A stretch of 32,000 bases of DNA from NCBI RefSeq assembly GCF_003072485.1, contig NZ_CP025989.1, positions 450,001 to 482,000 of the forward strand, written 5' to 3'. The notes beneath the pieces were generated by a model that was not told where the DNA came from, ran no database searches, and worked only from the letters and a program-made list of their open reading frames with translations. The stretch is from Candidatus Fokinia solitaria (GTDB lineage Bacteria > Pseudomonadota > Alphaproteobacteria > Rickettsiales > Midichloriaceae). How positions within the stretch are numbered: position 1 is the first letter of the stretch; the number at the start of each line of letters is the position of its first letter. The position numbers and the translations under genes were made by a program. Below, piece after piece: positions 28,023 to 32,000 of the stretch.

Positions 28023-28043
28023 TAAAAAATACCGAAGTACTAT
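28023..28043 (-). terminator. Short UUCG-tetraloop hairpin plus T6 at the rpsD stop
   Basis: The - strand reads tagtac-ttcg-gtat followed by tttttt (complement of the A-run at 28024..28029). The stem is only 4-5 bp. Confidence 0.35.
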
Positions 28044-28657
28044 CTTGAATATAACTCGATAGTTAGTTGAGGGTCTACAGTCATAGGATACGGCACTTCT
28101 GCAAGCAGCGGCTTCCTAATAAACGTTACAGAAGAGTCAGCGCCATTAAATGTGATATAAGAAGGCCTGACTTTCGTTTCGTTAGATAATGCTCCCTGCA
28201 CTATTTGCATCTCCAAGGCTTTTGGCGTTAATTCAAGAATGTCCGACGGTTGCAAAAACGCACTGCCAACATTTAAATACTTTCCATTCACTTTTACATG
28301 CTTATGAGATACTAACTGCCTTGCCGCTCTCATCGTAGGCGCATACTTGCTTCTATATACAATAACGTCGAGACGAGATTCAAGCAAACCTATCAAATTT
28401 TCTCCTACATCACCTGACATTTTTGCAGCTTTTTTATAGATTCCTCTAAACTGTTTCTCCGTAATATTACAGTAATACGCCTTCAACATCTGCTTCGCTC
28501 TTAACTGCATGCCATATACGGAAGAACGTTTATATCCGTTTCTTCCGTGCATACCAGGAGGATAATTTCTCTTAACATACGCATCATCTGCTTTCTCAGT
28601 CAGATTTGCTCCAAACCTCCTAGATGCTTTGCACTTCGTTGTATTAATTTTTGTCAC
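28040..28657 (-). CDS. rpsD: 30S ribosomal protein S4
   Basis: TKINTTKCKASRRFGANL...PPGMHG...YGMQLRAKQMLKAYY...ESRLDVIVYR...ARQLVSHKHVKVNG (S4 domain). A GTG at 28657 gives the canonical 205 aa. The track ORF extends to 28735 through a hydrophobic, non-S4 leader. Confidence 0.93.
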   Translation of the reverse strand: MTKINTTKCKASRRFGANLTEKADDAYVKRNYPPGMHGRNGYKRSSVYGMQLRAKQMLKAYYCNITEKQFRGIYKKAAKMSGDVGENLIGLLESRLDVIVYRSKYAPTMRAARQLVSHKHVKVNGKYLNVGSAFLQPSDILELTPKALEMQIVQGALSNETKVRPSYITFNGADSSVTFIRKPLLAEVPYPMTVDPQLTIELYSR

Positions 28658-28843
28658 GACACCGCCATGAATATTCACATTCTGAATAGCAAGATAATAA
28701 CTCATTACTATCAAAAAGCAATACGTTTCCGGCAAAATGCATACTTAAGAATGCTACTTTTAAGCAGATCTAGTCTTTAGATTTTTTCGCAACGTTCGAG
28801 AAGGCAGTTTTTTCTTTGTGCTCTCTTTCATTTTATAGATAGC

Positions 28844-30037
28844 TTACTTCTCAGCTTTTACTATGCCGTAAAACAATAAAATTCTTTCCATCACTAAAGA
28901 CATAATGATATTGTACCCTACATTTAGTGCTGTAATAATCTCATCCATCAAGATATTCATCACAAGTACGAGGGAGATCATATCGTCATTAAAGTGTAAA
29001 TACTTCTCTAAGAGTGGTACAGAAGCTAAGCTTATAACACCACCTCCAGGAACAGCAGTCATCCCTACTCTCATTAAAACGTAAAAAAAGTTAAATTCCA
29101 ACCACACCGCTAATGATGGCAGAGTACCATGAAACTGATAAGATAAAAAAGAGAAAAGAACGGCGTTAAGTATACAATCGCCAATTTGTTGCACGCCAAT
29201 AGTAATCGGAATGATAGAACGTACTATATTAGGTATTTTTGCGAGTTTTGCTGCACTTTCTGTAACATATGGAAGCGCGATCATACTGCTTGAAGAAGTA
29301 AACGATATCATTATTGGATATGATATACTTTTGAGAACTTCTTTAATCTCAGCATATTTCATACGTAGCACTGCTAAAAGTAGTAAAATGAAATATGTCG
29401 CAGAACAACTCAAAGCTATTGATAAAAAGCCTAAAAGCTCTCCTATAAAAGATAAAATATCTCTTTGACCGAAGTTAGCAATAAATGCCATAATCATCAC
29501 TATTACCGCTTTGGAAAAAAATGTACGCATCATCCAAGTCATGCAATGCATCGCACTTTCCAATATCCTTTCTGCATCTCTATACTGATAGATCTTAGCG
29601 ACACGACCAATAACAATACCAAGTACGATAAATATCTTACTATTCCAAAAATTCGGTATCGGTATTCTAAAATCAAACAGCAAGTTCATAGCTTTAGACG
29701 CAGTAGTACAAGTGATGGAAGCACTAAAATACGGTAGTAGAGGTGCGCTAAAAAAATATGAATACATTACAGCGACAAAATTGGAAATACACTCCAGCAA
29801 TACAACCGCAAGCACAAATAAAGTGGCATTACTTTGCACTTTATACATAGCATTCGCTAGTAAAACAAAGACTAGTACTGGTATAAAGAGCATCACCAAA
29901 TTTCTGATGTGCAACGCAAGCGTATACACAATATCGCGAACGATATCAGGTATTAGCGAAAAAAAGCATGAATAGCCTACTATCAGCAATATGAGAAAGA
30001 GACTCTTAAAAGGCAAGAAACGAATGTAACGAGTCAT
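28844..30037 (-). CDS. Dicarboxylate/amino acid:cation symporter (DAACS, GltP-like)
   Basis: Polytopic protein with the family signature FTSSSSMIALP (SSSxxxLP) and an HP2-like VPGGGVISLASV. Confidence 0.82.
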   Translation of the reverse strand: MTRYIRFLPFKSLFLILLIVGYSCFFSLIPDIVRDIVYTLALHIRNLVMLFIPVLVFVLLANAMYKVQSNATLFVLAVVLLECISNFVAVMYSYFFSAPLLPYFSASITCTTASKAMNLLFDFRIPIPNFWNSKIFIVLGIVIGRVAKIYQYRDAERILESAMHCMTWMMRTFFSKAVIVMIMAFIANFGQRDILSFIGELLGFLSIALSCSATYFILLLLAVLRMKYAEIKEVLKSISYPIMISFTSSSSMIALPYVTESAAKLAKIPNIVRSIIPITIGVQQIGDCILNAVLFSFLSYQFHGTLPSLAVWLEFNFFYVLMRVGMTAVPGGGVISLASVPLLEKYLHFNDDMISLVLVMNILMDEIITALNVGYNIIMSLVMERILLFYGIVKAEK

Positions 30038-30108
30038 TAAAACAAGAAGAACACATACATAACTTAGCCATCAAACATAAATAAAAGCAGCCTAAAAGAT
30101 ATACTTCG

Positions 30109-30183
30109 TGGTGCCAAAGATAGGAATTGAACCTACGACCTACTGATTACGAATCAGTTGCACTACCACTGTGCTACTTTGGC
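30109..30183 (-). tRNA. tRNA-Thr (anticodon CGU), CCA encoded
   Basis: Folded by hand on the - strand. Acceptor GCCAAAG/CTTTGGC, T8A9, D stem GCAC/GTGC with GG in the loop. Anticodon stem ACTGA/TCAGT with loop TTCGTAA, variable AGGTC, T arm GTAGG-TTCAATT-CCTAT, discriminator A, CCA. 75 nt. Confidence 0.9.
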
Positions 30184-30184
30184 A

Positions 30185-30934
30185 CTAATCTCTCCTTCCG
30201 CTTACAAATCTAAGAAGCTGCAGCACATTAATGAAGAGATTGATGAAATCCATATATAACGTCATAGCACCATAAACTGCAACTTTTTCCGTCATCGCAG
30301 AATCTTCTCCTCCAAGTACATAGTATGTATCTCTTACTCTTTGAGTGTCGTATGCTATCATGATAGTGAATACTAACACACCGACAGCAGATAAAACATA
30401 GTACATCGCAGAGCTTTGTAAAAAGATGTTTATGACAGATGCAATTACCATTCCAATTAATCCCATTACTGCAAACGAACCGATACCGGAAAGATCACTC
30501 TTCGTAGTATATCCGTATATACTCATTCCTCCAAACATTCCAGTAGTGATGATAGCTGCGCGCATCGCTAAATCAACGCCGGAGGCAATGCTAATTATTG
30601 AGACAGAAACTCCTATAGAAGCTGCTAATAGCCACAACATAGTACGCACCTGAGAATGCGACATTGTCATAAATTTCGCGCTACTATACCAACCTATTGC
30701 GAGAGGAGCAAACATAAACACCATATAAAGTGGAGTGCCAAACAGCAACCGCTGCAAAGGCGGAAGCAACATGATGAGAAAAGCAACAAAAGCCGTGATC
30801 CCTAAAGAAATAGCCATATCGCGATATACCTTTATCATATATGCGCGCAATCCTACATCATAAGTGACAGAACTTGCATGAGAGCTTCTAGCATTCTCTA
30901 CATTTGCATAGTAGCGCTTTTCATAACGACTCAT
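30185..30934 (-). CDS. BAX inhibitor-1/YccA family membrane protein
   Basis: Seven hydrophobic segments. GGMSIYGYTTKSDLS and a C-terminal LYMDFINLFINVLQLL are typical of the family. Confidence 0.85.
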   Translation of the reverse strand: MSRYEKRYYANVENARSSHASSVTYDVGLRAYMIKVYRDMAISLGITAFVAFLIMLLPPLQRLLFGTPLYMVFMFAPLAIGWYSSAKFMTMSHSQVRTMLWLLAASIGVSVSIISIASGVDLAMRAAIITTGMFGGMSIYGYTTKSDLSGIGSFAVMGLIGMVIASVINIFLQSSAMYYVLSAVGVLVFTIMIAYDTQRVRDTYYVLGGEDSAMTEKVAVYGAMTLYMDFINLFINVLQLLRFVSGRRD

Positions 30935-31123
30935 TGTTTTGGCAAAAATATTAAATGTTTTTACAAGTTGATGTTAACATATTACATACAGGAAAAAAAG
31001 AAGATTAGACAATTTAGATCGATAAATCTCATTCATCATCGAAAATCAACATAACATACATTTGTATTTCATGAGATTAACTTCTGAATGTAGAAAATAC
31101 TTATACGTTCATATATACATAAA

Positions 31124-31741
31124 GTGGAGGAATTCAAAAAGCGCTTAATGCACAAGATTATCAAATCCATACCGAACTTTATCACTCTGCTTCGTATACT
31201 GTTCATACCAGTTTTAGTAATGTCATTTTACATACCTGGAACAATAGGATGTTACACTGCTACTGCGATATTCATATTCGTCAGTATTACAGACTTAGTA
31301 GATGGTTACTTAGCGCGTACGCTAAAATCTCAAAGTAACTTCGGCAGAGTATTCGATCCAGTAGCGGATAAAATGTTGATCGCGGCTGTTTTATTAATGA
31401 TAGCAGAGCAAAAAATAGTGCCTACACCACTAATAGTGATAATACTATGTCGAGAGATGTTTGTATCAGGTATGAGAGAGTACTTAGCAGTGATGCACGT
31501 TGAAATATCTGTCAAACTACTCGGGAAAGTAAAGACTTGTGTACAGATGGTAGCTATAACATTTCTATTGCTTTCTAGGGAACACTTAGTGAGAGAAGAA
31601 GTTAGTATCGCAATTGGATTTGATGTATATTTTGCCGGAGAATACTTGATGTGGAGTGCGGCATTTCTGACGTTAATTTCAGGACTCGCATATCTAATGG
31701 AAGGGATGAAAAAACTGAATGAATATAATAATATTAAGTAG
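31124..31741 (+). CDS. pgsA: CDP-diacylglycerol--glycerol-3-phosphate 3-phosphatidyltransferase
   Basis: PNFITLLRI... and the CDP-alcohol phosphatidyltransferase motif DLVDGYLAR...GRVFDPVADK. The start is either the GTG at 31124 or the ATG at 31148. Confidence 0.92.
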   Translation: MEEFKKRLMHKIIKSIPNFITLLRILFIPVLVMSFYIPGTIGCYTATAIFIFVSITDLVDGYLARTLKSQSNFGRVFDPVADKMLIAAVLLMIAEQKIVPTPLIVIILCREMFVSGMREYLAVMHVEISVKLLGKVKTCVQMVAITFLLLSREHLVREEVSIAIGFDVYFAGEYLMWSAAFLTLISGLAYLMEGMKKLNEYNNIK

Positions 31742-32000
31742 CAACTTCGCGCCGTCTGATGAGAGTAGTATTCGCCATTGCAAAGGGATATTGATCACTC
31801 ATGGACAAGGATGTATGAAACTCTTCTGTAAATTTAGTACTGCTACTCCAAAACGGCGCTCCTCTTTCGTTTTGTAAAATCTCCATATCTTTAAATTTCA
31901 AGTGAACGCAGATGCCACAACCTAAAGCTTTTGAATATGACTCTTTCGCTGCAAATCTTTTTGCAATATAGCTTGCAATATCTATTATTACATTTCGACC
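31734..32000 (-). CDS. acpS: Holo-[acyl-carrier-protein] synthase, 3' portion (5' end outside window)
   Basis: My own translation of the - strand from the window edge: GRNVIIDIASYIAKRFAAKESYSKALGCGICVHLKFKDMEILQNERGAPFWSSS...SLSMSDQYPFAMANTTLIRRREVAT*. The RFAAKE..KALG and (D/E)I...G.P blocks fit AcpS. This ORF is not in the supplied track because it runs off the window. Confidence 0.7.
   Translation of the reverse strand, partial: GRNVIIDIASYIAKRFAAKESYSKALGCGICVHLKFKDMEILQNERGAPFWSSSTKFTEEFHTSLSMSDQYPFAMANTTLIRRREVAT

Noticed and set aside
30971-30980. A perfect 10-bp palindrome ATGTTAACAT in the divergent BI-1/pgsA intergenic region, considered as a possible operator. I also looked for CtrA-type TTAA-N7-TTAA boxes in the divergent spacers at 10160-10465, 19833-19938 and 30935-31123.
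   Set aside because: A short AT-rich palindrome is expected by chance at this composition. I found no correctly spaced TTAA-N7-TTAA site.
1-32000. Searched for transposases, integrases, IS inverted repeats, prophage genes, toxin-antitoxin pairs, a reverse transcriptase/DGR, and rRNA, tmRNA, RNase P or SRP RNA signatures.
   Set aside because: No ORF or conserved RNA box consistent with any of these was recognisable by eye. A covariance-model or HMM scan would be needed to exclude small RNAs formally.

Overview
AT-rich window (about one third G+C from spot counts of a few lines, not computed window-wide). It is dominated by housekeeping genes of a reduced alphaproteobacterial genome. The Rickettsiales/Anaplasmataceae-like assignment is inference from gene content: an NtrX-type regulator, a glycine-zipper 17-kDa-antigen-like lipoprotein, a VirB6/TrbL-like giant membrane protein, tandem-repeat ORFs and long intergenic spacers. 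Recognisable core genes are rplM-rpsI, dut, rpmE, a BON-domain lipoprotein, grpE, ntrX-like, an M16 peptidase, tmk, typA/bipA, cysS, a TlpA-like thioredoxin, rplY, truB, mutL, an amino-acid-binding lipoprotein, rpsD, a DAACS (GltP-type) symporter, tRNA-Thr(CGU), a BAX-inhibitor/YccA protein, pgsA and the 3' part of acpS. Five regions are not ordinary. (1) At about 914-3820, directly downstream of rpsI, sits a small accessory insertion. It carries a type III Mod-like DNA methyltransferase split by a single-base frameshift, has no Res gene, and is preceded by an unrecognisable 234-236 aa ORF with a canonical Shine-Dalgarno. (2) A solitary 1175-aa gene (16305-19832) has a signal or lipobox start, a Cys- and Ser/Thr/Asn/Gly-rich ectodomain of about 830 aa, and a C-terminal polytopic domain reminiscent of VirB6/TrbL, with no other T4SS genes nearby. 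(3) A 52-nt diverged copy of the BON gene 3' end lies 430 bp downstream of the real 3' end. The two copies bracket a heptad-repeat, tail-anchored mini-gene built from a 21-bp x 9 array. (4) A 66-bp x 5 near-perfect tandem repeat with an open frame sits in a gene-poor stretch of about 1.1 kb. (5) A 368-aa membrane-anchored or secreted protein carries an internal 54-bp duplication. I saw no CRISPR array, transposase, integrase or rRNA. All functional calls come from motif recognition by eye, and no database search was possible.
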